NCBI GenBank assembly: GCA_002269645.1
Contig: NIVC01003696.1
Span: 1 to 64,000 of the forward strand
Direction of reading: 5' to 3'
Source: Macrostomum lignano
Taxonomy: Eukaryota
DNA length: 64,000 bases
Shown: positions 1-15,742 of the stretch, in pieces
How the letters are laid out: each line of letters begins with the position of its first letter
Position numbering within the stretch: the stretch's first letter is position 1
The notes under the pieces: model-generated
The model's input: the letters and a program-made list of their open reading frames with translations, nothing else
Databases searched by the model: none
What the model was told of the DNA's origin: nothing
Program-made: the position numbers and the translations under genes

Positions 1-22
1 GAGCAGAAATAGAGAGACAGAG

Positions 23-62
<40 letters not shown>

Positions 63-324
63 AACCGACATCGGCAGGAGCATATTGACCAAGGCGGATC
101 AGCGGCGGCCTTATCCCTGGGCTTGCTGAATAAGTGATGAGGCGGCAGCAGCAGCTTTATTGAGCACCGGAGGCCGAGCCGGCCCAGTTAAAACAACGAC
201 ATCGGGCGTAGCTGCCAGAGCAACAGCCGCCGCTGCAACCGTCGCTGTCCCAGCCGCGGTGAGCCGAAGGGACAGTATCTTGAGCAGCAGCTTAGTCAGC
301 ATCAGGGGAGGCCCGGGCGGCCGT

Positions 325-4942
<4,618 letters not shown>

Positions 4943-5342
4943 AAACGCGGCTTTGGAGCAGCTGATTGAACAAAAAGCCAATGGCATATTCGGTTTTTTA
5001 AAACAAGACTTTTTTCTCAGTAAATTCACTCTCAAAGTATACAGTTCACAAAAATAAATCGGCTATTATTTGTTAATCATAAGTCCCAACAGTGAAATGA
5101 TTGTTTTTCAAATGCTAAAAATCCGTAGAAAATGTGTAGAACAAATTTTCTCCAAGAACATAAAAAATGTCTTGCAATTCTTCCAGATGCCTCTCGGAAA
5201 ATTCAGATGGCGAAATAATGGGAGGCCTCGAGGTGCCATCAGTAAAGTTGCTTCGAGGGGCACAATTATAGCAATTAGTGTAATAGCCGATTAGAAACCC
5301 AGGACAGATGCCATGGCTCAAAGGGGTATTCCAGCTGGTCCA

Positions 5343-5473
5343 GGGGCAGAGCAGCTCAATGGTAAACACTCTCACGCCATGCAAAACGACCCCAGGTTCG
5401 ATTCCGTGCGCTAGCGCATTCATTTGGGGCCTGTGTGCACAAAAATTGGTCGGGGGGTTGCCGTGCGATTCAC
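5343..5473 (+). mobile_element. tRNA-derived SINE head and body (family A)
   Basis: A-box-like GCAGCTCAATGGTA, B-box GGTTCGATTCC, followed by cattcatttggggc...aaaattgg, which also occurs at ~11130 and ~14020. Confidence 0.65.
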
Positions 5474-6575
5474 GGCGACCTCAGCCTGCGAGACCTGGAA
5501 ACAGCGGGAGGCCTGCTGACCCTCTCGGACGGAATCCCGTCCACGCTCTGCCCCCGCTCAAATTCAAAACCAGCATTCCACCGCGTCATGAAGCAAGAGA
5601 CAACTGGAAACCCCATGAAATCCACTGCTTCACTGACGGGTCCCAAATCAACTCCGCCTCTGGCTACGGCTACTGCATTGTGTCTGGAGGGAGAACTGTG
5701 GCGACCTTCTCCCAGCACACCGGCACCTGCTCCACCGTCTTCCAGAACGAAGTTCTCGCCATCAGCTCCTGCGCCATGGAGCTGTACAATCAGCGCGTCT
5801 GGGGGAAGGAAATTATCCTCCACTCGGACAGTCAAGCGGCTATCCACGCCCTTGAGCGCACCACCACCTGCTCGCGTACAGTCCTCGACTGCATCGGGCA
5901 GCTCAACCGCTTAGGCGCCTCCAACAAGGTGTCCCTAAGGTGAATTCCTGGGCATTCGGGCCACCCCGGCAACGAGCTGGCCGATCGCCTGGCCAAGGCT
6001 GGCTCGACCGGTTCTTTCACTGGTCCCCTGCCCGTGGCCCCCACCCCCACCGCCGTTGTCACCACTCGGATCAACCAGTGGGTGGCTTCTAAGCACAGGG
6101 AGATGTGGCTAACGCCCCCGACTGCTGGCAATCCCGCGCGGCTGTCCCCTGTCCTTCCTCCGCCCTGTGCAGGGCCCTGCTTGGACTCAACCGCAGGGAC
6201 ACCAGGGCGGTGACCATGGCCCTCTCGGGTCATGGCTGCTTTGCCAGGCATCGCCACCTCCAGGGAAAAATCCGCAGTGAGGAATGCCCATTCTGCCTCT
6301 CCGGTGTCGAGAATGCGGAGCACTTTATCTGTGAATGCCCCGCCACAGGCTCACCCACCTCGGCCCAAACCCGGACCTCTCCGACGTTTTCAGGCCCGAG
6401 AATCTCTGCCAGCTCGTCCGCTACCTAAGGGCTACCGGGCGAGCGACCATCCGGCACCACCGGAACTCCCTGCGCGACACCGCAGCACCAGCTGCCCGTG
6501 GTAGCCAGGGGCTAGCGAAATGGGCGGCAACGCCCCCTCGCTGCATCCGTATGCACGGAGCCCCCTGCAGCTAAG
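5474..6575 (+). mobile_element. 5'-truncated, decayed non-LTR retrotransposon 3' end (RNase H + CCHC finger; LOA/I-group-like)
   Basis: RNase HI motifs FTDGS, VFQNEVLAI, HSDSQAAIHAL, (W>*)[20 protein letters not shown]; C-terminal [16 protein letters not shown]; TGA at 5941-5943 and frameshifts. Confidence 0.9.
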
Positions 6576-6924
6576 TCAAAGACATGTACGGCCAGCACTC
6601 AGTGCAGCAGCTGCTTCTGATGAAGCTGGATGCGCCCTAGAGCTGAAGGCAGCGTTTCATCATTTGTCGACAGTGGGTAGCAATAGACTTAGAATACGAC
6701 AAAGTCAAGATAAATTTCTACAAATTATTTCAGGAGCAATTTTTTCAGCAGAAAACAGCAAAAATTAGGACCAGCAATTTGGGCCTCCGTAATTTCTCTC
6801 TAGCTCTGTGTCTCACCCCCACCTGTCAGCTGTTGCATCTAAAAAATGGCCTCGATTTTCGCTAATTTGCCCATTTACGCAATTGCTCTGGCACTGAAGA
6901 CGCCACCACCTGCTTCATGCGGTC

Positions 6925-6931
6925 TATAAAA
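6925..6931 (+). promoter_or_regulatory. TATA box of the secreted-peptide gene
   Basis: TATAAAA about 25 nt upstream of an Inr-like ccagtt and ~90 nt upstream of ATG 7018. Confidence 0.55.
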
Positions 6932-7017
6932 GCAGCTGATTTTTACAGGCCCAGTTCGTCGAAGCAGCCGACACTACTCATCGGTTCTCCCTTCTCTAGC
7001 CAGATCTCAGTGTCTCA

Positions 7018-7353
7018 ATGAGCAGCCTACGGGTCTGCCTGATGTGTCTGATTGCCGCCGCCACCGCCGAGTCGACCCCAAGTGCCGGCGACATACAGGT
7101 GAGACAGACATCCCGAAAGATTCACTTTACTTGCATACATGCAAACGCACGTGGAGCTCTGTCTATACAATATCCAACGCTTAATTCTCAGCCTACAGCC
7201 GGGCACGGCAGCCCGAGAGACCAGCTAGTCGTCGAAGTCCGCCAGCGCACCGCTTTCGTCATGAAGAAATGGCGCGAGATGACGAAGAGATTCCGGGAGC
7301 GGTACTGTTGGAGCATCTACCATCCGCTGGCGTGCTTCGGACTGCACCGCTAG
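7018..7353 (+). CDS. Small secreted peptide precursor, 80 aa; exons 7018-7098 and 7192-7353
   Basis: Signal-peptide-like MSSLRVCLMCLIAAATA; donor CAG|GTGAGA and acceptor ttaattctcag| in phase 0; TATA upstream; AATAAA at ~7678-7683. Confidence 0.7.
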   Translation: MSSLRVCLMCLIAAATAESTPSAGDIQVRQTSRKIHFTCIHANARGALSIQYPTLNSQPTAGHGSPRDQLVVEVRQRTAFVMKKWREMTKRFRERYCWSIYHPLACFGLHR

Positions 7354-8022
7354 CAGCCGACAAGAAAAATCTGACAATAATTGCTGACTAATTTTGTGTT
7401 GTTGAGCTAGAACCACTTTCATAGTGATTGGTACTGTGTGACTAGGAGCTGCAGGCTTTAAGTGTAACAAAAATTGTCTTAAAGTTGAACAACTACTATT
7501 ATCAATTGTCATCACAGCACAGAAGAACTTTTTCCAGAAAAAATACAAATCCACATGCTTTACTGTCCATGCACAGAAACTTTCGCTTTTGTCAACAACA
7601 ATTCTCGATAGCTTTAATTTTATTTCTTGCCACGGAAAATCAGCACATAAGCCTGCTTTACGTATTATATTAATAATAATAAAGGTAATGATAGTTGTGG
7701 GAGGGCATTGGACACCCTGGCGCCAATACTGTACGCAGGCTCCCACAGGATGTACAGCAGCCCTGACTTTCTAATCGTCAAGCATGTACACTCTCTGTGC
7801 CTTGGGGGTTGGCCCTCGTAAGTGTACCCTTTAAAGCAGCCTTCCCATCACAGTCTCCACCAGTAACACCACACTTCTCTGTCATCGATTGAGAATCCCG
7901 TCGATCGCATCAGAACAGCGCTGTCTTGAAGGACCGTGGAACAATCACTTCGCCAGACCTCGTCCTTCAAATGATCCCTGCTAGCGTAAACTCGTCCCTC
8001 ATGTGGCTCTTGGGCTCTTGGG

Positions 8023-8918
8023 CCCAGATCCCGATCCCAGATCCCGATCCCAGATCCCGATCCCAGATCCCGATCCCAGATCCCGATCCCAGATCCCGAT
8101 CCCAGATCCCGATCCCAGATCCCGATCCCAGATCCCGATCCCAGATCCCGATCCCAGATCCCGATCCCAGATCCCGATCCCAGATCCCGATCCCAGATCC
8201 CGATCCCAGATCCCGATCCCAGATCCCGATCCCAGATCCCGATCCCAGATCCCGATCCCAGATCCCGATCCCAGATCCCGATCCCAGATCCCGATCCCAG
8301 ATCCCGATCCCAGATCCCGATCCCAGATCCCGATCCCAGATCCCGATCCCAGATCCCGATCCCAGATCCCGATCCCAGATCCCGATCCCAGATCCCGATC
8401 CCAGATCCCGATCCCAGATCCCGATCCCAGATCCCGATCCCAGATCCCGATCCCAGATCCCGATCCCAGATCCCGATCCCAGATCCCGATCCCAGATCCC
8501 GATCCCAGATCCCGATCCCAGATCCCGATCCCAGATCCCGATCCCAGATCCCGATCCCAGATCCCGATCCCAGATCCCGATCCCAGATCCCGATCCCAGA
8601 TCCCGATCCCAGATCCCGATCCCAGATCCCGATCCCAGATCCCGATCCCAGATCCCGATCCCAGATCCCGATCCCAGATCCCGATCCCAGATCCCGATCC
8701 CAGATCCCGATCCCAGATCCCGATCCCAGATCCCGATCCCAGATCCCGATCCCAGATCCCGATCCCAGATCCCGATCCCAGATCCCGATCCCAGATCCCG
8801 ATCCCAGATCCCGATCCCAGATCCCGATCCCAGATCCCGATCCCAGATCCCGATCCCAGATCCCGATCCCAGATCCCGATCCCAGATCCCGATCCCAGAT
8901 CCCGATCCCAGATCCCGA
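8023..8918. repeat. Homogeneous 13-bp minisatellite (cccagatcccgat), ~69 copies
   Basis: Direct reading; no variant units seen. Confidence 0.98.
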
Positions 8919-9127
8919 GATCTTCGCCTCGGTCAATAAACAAGTCAATCAAGCATTTATTGCCCTAGCACTGGTATAAATGGGGAATATATACCATTTA
9001 TCAGATTTACCAGCTTTAAAAATGAAACCAAACTAGCAGTTGCACGCTGCCAGAAGACCATAAACAAAAAAAAGAACAAAATGAAATAGGCAGTGTGTTT
9101 GAGCATCTCTGCACATTTGGTGTCTAG

Positions 9128-11029
9128 ATCGGCAACCCACGGCCAGACGGCACAATGGAAAAATTCAATCTAGAATGCTTAGAACGGGTGAACGAAATCC
9201 GGCGCATGTTCTGCGCACCGCCTTTGAAGCTGCGCCTGAGCCTCATCATCCGGCCGGAGCACGTGGCGAGCAGCTACAGCGGGGCGCAGGACTGGGCGGA
9301 CAACCTGGCCGCGCTGGACGCCATGCAGTCCGACCTGGAGGCTACCAAGTTCGGCATTGGCGAGTGCATCTGCCGCCTGTTCTCCGAGAAGTTCATATCG
9401 TTTAGCGGTAATGAAATAATAAATAAATCGGTAGCAGTAGGATTGCAAAGCCATATCTCTGCCCGTCAAACTACCAAAGGGAGGGAATTCCCCTGACCAT
9501 TTTTTTCTGCGCCGGAACTTGAGAACCAGCGCTAACATTTTGTTGCGCACCTTCTCAAACAAGAATCAAGTCGCCAGCCCTTTACACCGTCGAGATATTC
9601 AATGATTACGCCAGAAGGTCAGATTTTTCCCATAAGCGCCAGTGTATTCAGTACACCCCTGCGCACCAATCAGCACTGCGCCTCTGTGCAGCCTTGCCAA
9701 GCCTCCAAATTTCATCAGCACGTCGAACACGTGTATCTGCATCAGCTCTGACTTCGTTAGTCACTGGCCTTCACTCAGGCGCAGCTTCTGGACCTTCAAC
9801 AAGAGGCACCAGGTGACTATGGACACCCTGTTGCGAATTTCTCTAGTTTCGCTGATCAAACCTTGACAGTGGACAGGCCTCAACTGCCGGACATCTTTCC
9901 AGACACCGTTGAAGGACCTCCCCCTGGTTGCTATCTGCCAGACGAAAAGTATAAGTGACTTGTTTTCTGAAAAAATTCAAGCTTAACACACCAGAATTTT
10001 TTATATTTGGACACTGTCATGCATAGGGCATATACATAACCAAATTTAAAACATATTTTGTCGTAGCATCAATAATTTAGTTTATGTTGGCAGTAAAATT
10101 ATTAAGCATTTTTTATACTGTTTACTGTTGCAGGCTCCGCAGTAATTGACACTTGGTTCGACGAAGCGCTCGAGTTTAAAGGAAGCCAGTGGGCTGAAAA
10201 ATCTTGCCGTCCAGGTGAGCCGTCGTTTGCTTATAGTTTGGCTTTTAATCAATCACTGCATCTTTTTAAAAAGATAGAAGTGGGAAACGTGGGTTCTGAT
10301 TAGTTGCAGTGAGGATCTGAGTGAGTACAGTGACTATCTGAGTGAGAACAGTGACGATCTGAGTGAGAACAGTGACGATCTGAGTGAGAACAGTGACGAT
10401 CTGAGTGAGAACAGTGACGATCTGAGTGAGAACAGTGAGGATCTGAGTGAGAACAGTGAGGATCTGAGTGAGAACAGTGAGGATCTGAGTGAGAACAGTG
10501 AGGATCTGAGTGAGAACAGTGACGATCTGAGTGAGAACAGTGAGGATCTGAGTGAGAACAGTGAGGATCTGAGTGAGAACAGTGGGATCTGAGTGAGAAA
10601 AGTGAGGATCTGAGTGAGAACAGTGAGGATCTGATTGAGAACTAGCTAAGTTTCTGCCAATGGACACGGTAAATACTTCAACTGAAGGCCTCAGCATCAC
10701 TAAAATATCTTCCTACAGTGAACTTCCTGCAGCTGGTGTGGCCGCAGACGCGCTACTGCGGGTTCGGGTTCTCGGTGTCGAACGCATCGTCCGCGGTGTA
10801 CACGGTCGGGCGCTTCAAACCGATGCTCCCAATTAAAAACGAAGTCCTCGTCGCCCAATTTAATCAGCACGTGCAGAAAGTTGAGGCGCATCATTCAATG
10901 ACAATAAAAACTCTACTCAGCGACAAGATCCCGCCAGATGTGTCCTATGTGAAACGAAATCTTAATTGTGAGTTTGACAATTTGTTTATTTGTGTGTTTT
11001 TTCAGTCCAAGAAATTTTTTTGAGTTGAG
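9128..11029 (+). CDS. CAP/SCP-domain (GAPR-1-like) protein; exons 9128-9407, 10134-10214, 10719-10967, possible short last exon 11006-11029; 5' end uncertain (ATG 9155 or an upstream exon ending 7985)
   Basis: CAP motifs LERVNEIRRMFCAPPLKL, AQDWADNLA, GECI, AVIDTWFDE, NFLQLVWPQTRYCGFG, YTVGRFKP; phase-1 GT-AG junctions are consistent. Confidence 0.8.
10314..10633. repeat. 21-bp minisatellite (tctgagtgagaacagtga(c/g)ga)
   Basis: Direct reading; lies in a CAP-gene intron. Confidence 0.95.
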
Positions 11030-11129
11030 AGCGATGGAAAAAAAGAAACAAACGGCGAACCGGGTTATCATGACAATATGGTTGGACACTATCGGCTGAA
11101 TAGCACCTCTGTGCTCATAACAAGCGGAC

Positions 11130-11253
11130 AAAGCAGCTCTCAGCGGTAAACGCGCCTGACTCTCGCGCCACCACGACCCCTCTTTTGATTCCGAGCAAGG
11201 CCCCATTCGTTTGGGGCTTGTGTGCACGAAAATTGGCCAAGGGGTGTCGTGTA
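11130..11253 (+). mobile_element. Decayed SINE family A copy
   Basis: Aligns by eye with 5343-5473 and 14018-14150 (cggtaaacgcgcctgactctc...ttgattccg...cattcgtttggggcttgtgtgcacgaaaattgg). Confidence 0.6.
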
Positions 11254-11534
11254 GAAACAATCTGAATGTAGAAACCAGCGGTAACTCGCTGTTCAACGAT
11301 TGCTTTGTCATTTCAAATTTGCTTGAGATCAAATGTGTTTAAATAAAAACGAAGGTGTTGCTTATAATCAAGTGCTTTAAGAAAACAAACACGGTTCGAC
11401 ACCGACAAAAATACAAGCATTACGAGTGTATACGGCACAGAAAATAATCAATTCGTACGAGCAACGAAAAAAAGTGCTTGCTAGCTGAAATGAGTTTGTA
11501 TCTGTGGTTAGGCGGACTCAAGATCCACAGCGCG

Positions 11535-13341
11535 TTACTGTTGCGACGCTGGTTTCACAACGATGACGCCAGGTTGTTGTTGTTGCCGCTGCTGCTGCTG
11601 CTGAACGCGACGCCGGCCCCTGACTCTCGAAGCTACGAAGAAAATCAGGCCCAGCGCCAGCTCCAGCACCTCGCACAGCGTCAGCACCGAGACGCCAAGG
11701 TAGAGTCCGAGAATTCCGCCGATGTCGCTGAGCAGATCGAAGGCCCCGTACGAAAGCGACTCCTCAGTGACGGTGCTCTTGCCCGACTGGTCGGCTGCGC
11801 CCAGCTTGATCGAGAGAAAGTTTTTTGTGCCGATACTCGCACCTCGATTGATTATCTGCGTGAGGATGTCGTAGATTCCGCGATTAACCTCGCGTATAAA
11901 CGTCTGGTTAAGAACGATCTCATTATTTCGGTAGTAGACGTTCGACTCGAGCCACTTCTGCAGATCTTCAGCTAGCAGGCTGGGGTTCATGCTTGGCCAG
12001 GTGTAGAGGCTTGTCTGAGTCGAATACTGAGATGTATGACATCGCTCTGTGCACAGGGCGGCGGCTTTGACTTGATAAGCTGTAACAGCGACGCGAAGAC
12101 AGGTAAACTGGCTTATGATGTAGTAGAGGGTCCTCTGGATATCCATGCTGATACTTCCGCTGGCAGCAGCCGTAACCATCTGATAGAGAAAGCTAACACC
12201 AGAGGACACATTTAGAGTCTGTGTGGAGTTTTCATTCAGTGTAATGTATGCCTGGGTTATATTGAGACATAAGGGTACTCCACCGGCCTTTAAACTGTTA
12301 GGCACTGGATAGTCGTCAGACAGACAGCCGCACTGCTTGTAGATCAAGTTCTGCAGCTCATTGAAGAAGCAGTCTGTGTTCGTGTAGGAATATGCAACAC
12401 TTTGGTCCGACCCAGAGGCTGTTCGCTGCCAGTAGTTTATGAAGTCCGCTGGATAAGAGGAGAGACACTCCGCCGTTGCTGCTCATGCGGAAGAAGGCGT
12501 CGGATGCAAATTTCAATTTGGGAAGTAAGCGCAAAGAATTTAATTGGCTCGAATCCGTGTAGTAGTAGAGTTCGAGACCAAATAAATTCACTTCTCCCTT
12601 GGATAAATCGTTCTTATCCTGGACGCTTGTAAGATTGAGTGCGATGCAGTACGAATTGTTGTGCATTTGTACAACGGAAAAGTTGGAGATGTCGCAGGCA
12701 TAAGGACCGAACCGACAGCGGATGAGCAGCTTCTCAGGGTGCAGACTGTACTGGGCGAAACTCCCGATGCCGTCGCTGTCGCGAAACATCAACGGAGCTA
12801 GATTATTCCTCAATTCTTCGTTTCGCATGAGGTACGTTGACGATGTTAGCAACTCTTCGGAATTTTGTTTTTCTAAGTTGTCTCTTCCCGTCTGGTCCAC
12901 CAGATTGGAAAGGCCTCTTAGCTTTTTGAAGAAGTTCATGGAGCTTGTTGACCACGACCAAGTTTGCTCGCCTTCGTTCGCACCGGCCGGTCTGATTGGT
13001 CCACTGGTGATCCTGTCAACCTTCTGAGCCATGGCGCTGACAGATAGGAACTTCTTGTTGCACACGGTGACTCCGGGATAGACAAAGTCGACGCCGCGAA
13101 GAGTGACTGAGGTGGACACCGGCTCTTTCATGTACTTACTCACCATGGTGCTCATGTGGTCACAATGCCGATAATGAGCACCAGCCACAGAGCTTGGACA
13201 TACCAGAGCGGCGGGATGAGCTTGCCAAATTCCGTGAGCAGATGTATTGCCAGCGAATGCTATCAGAGTGTTTCGGACACGCTTTTCATCCGCCTTATCC
13301 TGCAATTCATGACCTGCCTCTTCGCTGTCCGCAACTTGCAT
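11535..13341 (-). pseudogene. DEG/ENaC (pickpocket/ASIC-like) channel pseudogene, tandem paralog of 15629-17620
   Basis: NTSAHG, YPGVTVCN, SDIGGILGLYLGVSVLT present. Relative to the intact copy: +1 and -13 bp indels scrambling TM1, and a 131-bp frameshifting deletion at 12470/12471. Confidence 0.85.
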
Positions 13342-14017
13342 GCTGGCTTGATGGAGCTAAGTGACTAAAGAATTTGTGGTCGAATCTCGAAACGTTTTGA
13401 GCGTCGAACGGGAAAATGGATTATACAGTGTTTGAGTCCCGTTCTGAGTTGTTTTTGCAGTCTTATTTGTCTCTCAGCTTCTGGTGAGCGAGTTGCGCAG
13501 ACGCTTGATAGCGACAATTTCTGTATTTGCAAGCCTCTCATTTCTATGGATCTACTTTTTCTGTTGTAGACACTTATTAAGAAAGTGTATGCCAGTAACT
13601 TTAATTCGCATTCATCATAACAGCTACTTTACTCTATTAAGTGCTAATCTATAGTCCAGCTGGCTCATACAAGCAATTTGCATGGTCAATATTGCATTGA
13701 AGCTTCTTACATGCTTAGTTGAAGAGCTGCCACGCCAAGTGTCCAGACAGCGAAGCCAGTTGGCTCACAATCAATACTTTATACAAAAATCGTTGTAATA
13801 AACGTATGTAGCTACACATCTAGTGCATTTTATTTCGTACGGAATTGATTGGATTGACTGTCCAATTTTAGTAAACGCACTGTAAAGACGCTCTTAGTAG
13901 TATCAAACGTTAGAAGTTTCAAAACTTTGCCCGAAACTTTGACAATACACAAATTGGTCTCAAAGAAAGGAGACGACGTGGTCGCTTGATTTCTAGTAGC
14001 TTTGATTGTTTGATTGG

Positions 14018-14315
14018 GAGCGGAGCAACGTAGCGGTACACGCGTCTGACTCTCAAGACACGCCCCCTCGTTCTACTCCGTGCGCGGCCACATTCATTTT
14101 GGGCTTTTGTGCTCTAAAATTGACCGGAAAGTCGTCGTGCGACTCACATTCATAAGGGCAAACTCCCAGGGCAGAGAGTGTACATGCCTGAAGACTAGAA
14201 ATCCAGGGCCGCCTGTATACCCTAGCCTGTGTAAGCATGCGTATGAGTGCGCGCCTGCATACAGCATTCGCGCGCTTGTATGTGTTCAGGAGTCAGCGGA
14301 ATGGACAGAACTGCT
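14018..14315 (+). mobile_element. tRNA-derived SINE, near full length (family A)
   Basis: A-box-like AGCAACGTAGCGGTA, B-box-like GTTCTACTCC, body cattcattttggg, and the 3' domain ccagggcagagagtgtacatgcc shared with 34290-34720, 49560-49850 and 7772-7825. Confidence 0.65.
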
Positions 14316-15628
14316 TTAGCGATGGTTGTGGGCCCATTGGGTGATGATGCCGACGACCCTCATGCGAATATTATTGATTATTTTCAGTTAGCGAGCTTGA
14401 TTTCCTATCAATATCCTGTCAAGCTGCAACGTAAAGCCACCTCTTTCTCTTCAGGCAACATTCCGGTGGGGCCGAGCGGTCGTCAAGACCACCTGCAAGC
14501 CTTGAATGTGCACTACAGGCTGTCTCACCTGATCCGGCAGACTCGAGTGTCCAACAAAGTTGAAAGCCACCGCGTCGGCTTAGTCTATGTCAACGATCAG
14601 AGTGAGAAACTTAACGACGTTATAATCGTCATGCAGAAAGATGAAGAGTGACGCTGGGAACTAACGAAGTCAAACGGACAAAGTTACAATGCTTTCAACT
14701 GCTTTGTCTCTTAACTCTTGGAAATTTATCATGTACGAGAGTGACAATGCATTCGGGTAGTTTGAAAATTTATGCATTGTTTTTATTACTTACTTTCTGC
14801 ATAAAAAATAAATTACAGCTGTGTGGCTTTTGTTAACAAAAATTTGAACTGCTCCAATGAAGCAGTGTCTGAAGTTATTTGTATCTGAGAGTGGTATACA
14901 TGATTGAATTCGGTGGTCAAAATATTTTTGAAAAGACGAAAAGTAAACAAGATGATTACATGAAAAAACAGAATGATTAGCTTGTGTAATTTGCAGTGGA
15001 AAAAATTAAAAAGGAACAGGAAGAGTACGTTGCTATACATTTCTTTGGATATAAGCTCGTACTGTGCATGGACTTTGCATCAATGACACGTGAAGTTCGT
15101 TTCTTTACAAAAAATATTGCATGGCATCTCAAGTTTTTGTTATTTTACCATAGGCCTTTTTTACGATAGTAAACGTATATATTTGCGTTATGTAGTTTAG
15201 TTTAGTGCAGTGTAGTGCAGAAGTGTGTAGTGCCTTTAGCTAAACAAAAACTCATTGAAAGGGTATTAGAATACATACACAATTGTAGAGAAGCAAGATG
15301 CTAGCTACTTATAATATTGCATCATTGTTTAGTTTAAGGGTAAAATACGAGCTATTTATTGAGATATAATGAAAATTATCAGTATTGTATCGCAACAGTA
15401 GCTAGGATATATATAGTACTTTATATACAGAGAGTAGCAGATTAATCATATATTTATTTAAAGAATTCACAAAACTTTCCGTCATAATGGGATGGACATC
15501 AAAATCTCAGTAGAAAAAAGTAATAAAGCTTTTTAATTGCATACTTTCTGTCGCAGTTGTTTCTTAACCAGTTGCATTCAAATCGATTAGTAAAACATAC
15601 ACTGCCTTGATGTAGGGATCTCATTAAA

Positions 15629-15704
15629 TCATTTGAAAGTGTTTTCATCCTTACTTGATTCTATTCCCTGCACCACTATTATGGCAGACTGTGATTGCTT
15701 CATT

Positions 15705-15742
<38 letters not shown>

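Noticed and set aside
5941-5943. TGA read as Trp or selenocysteine recoding in the RNase H
   Set aside because: The same element has several frameshifts and all host genes use the standard code, so it is a simple TGG-to-TGA decay
7848-8968. Four ~320-370-aa ORFs (SGSGIGIWDRDL / PDPDPRSRSQI repeats)
   Set aside because: Products of a stop-free 13-bp satellite that is open in several frames on both strands
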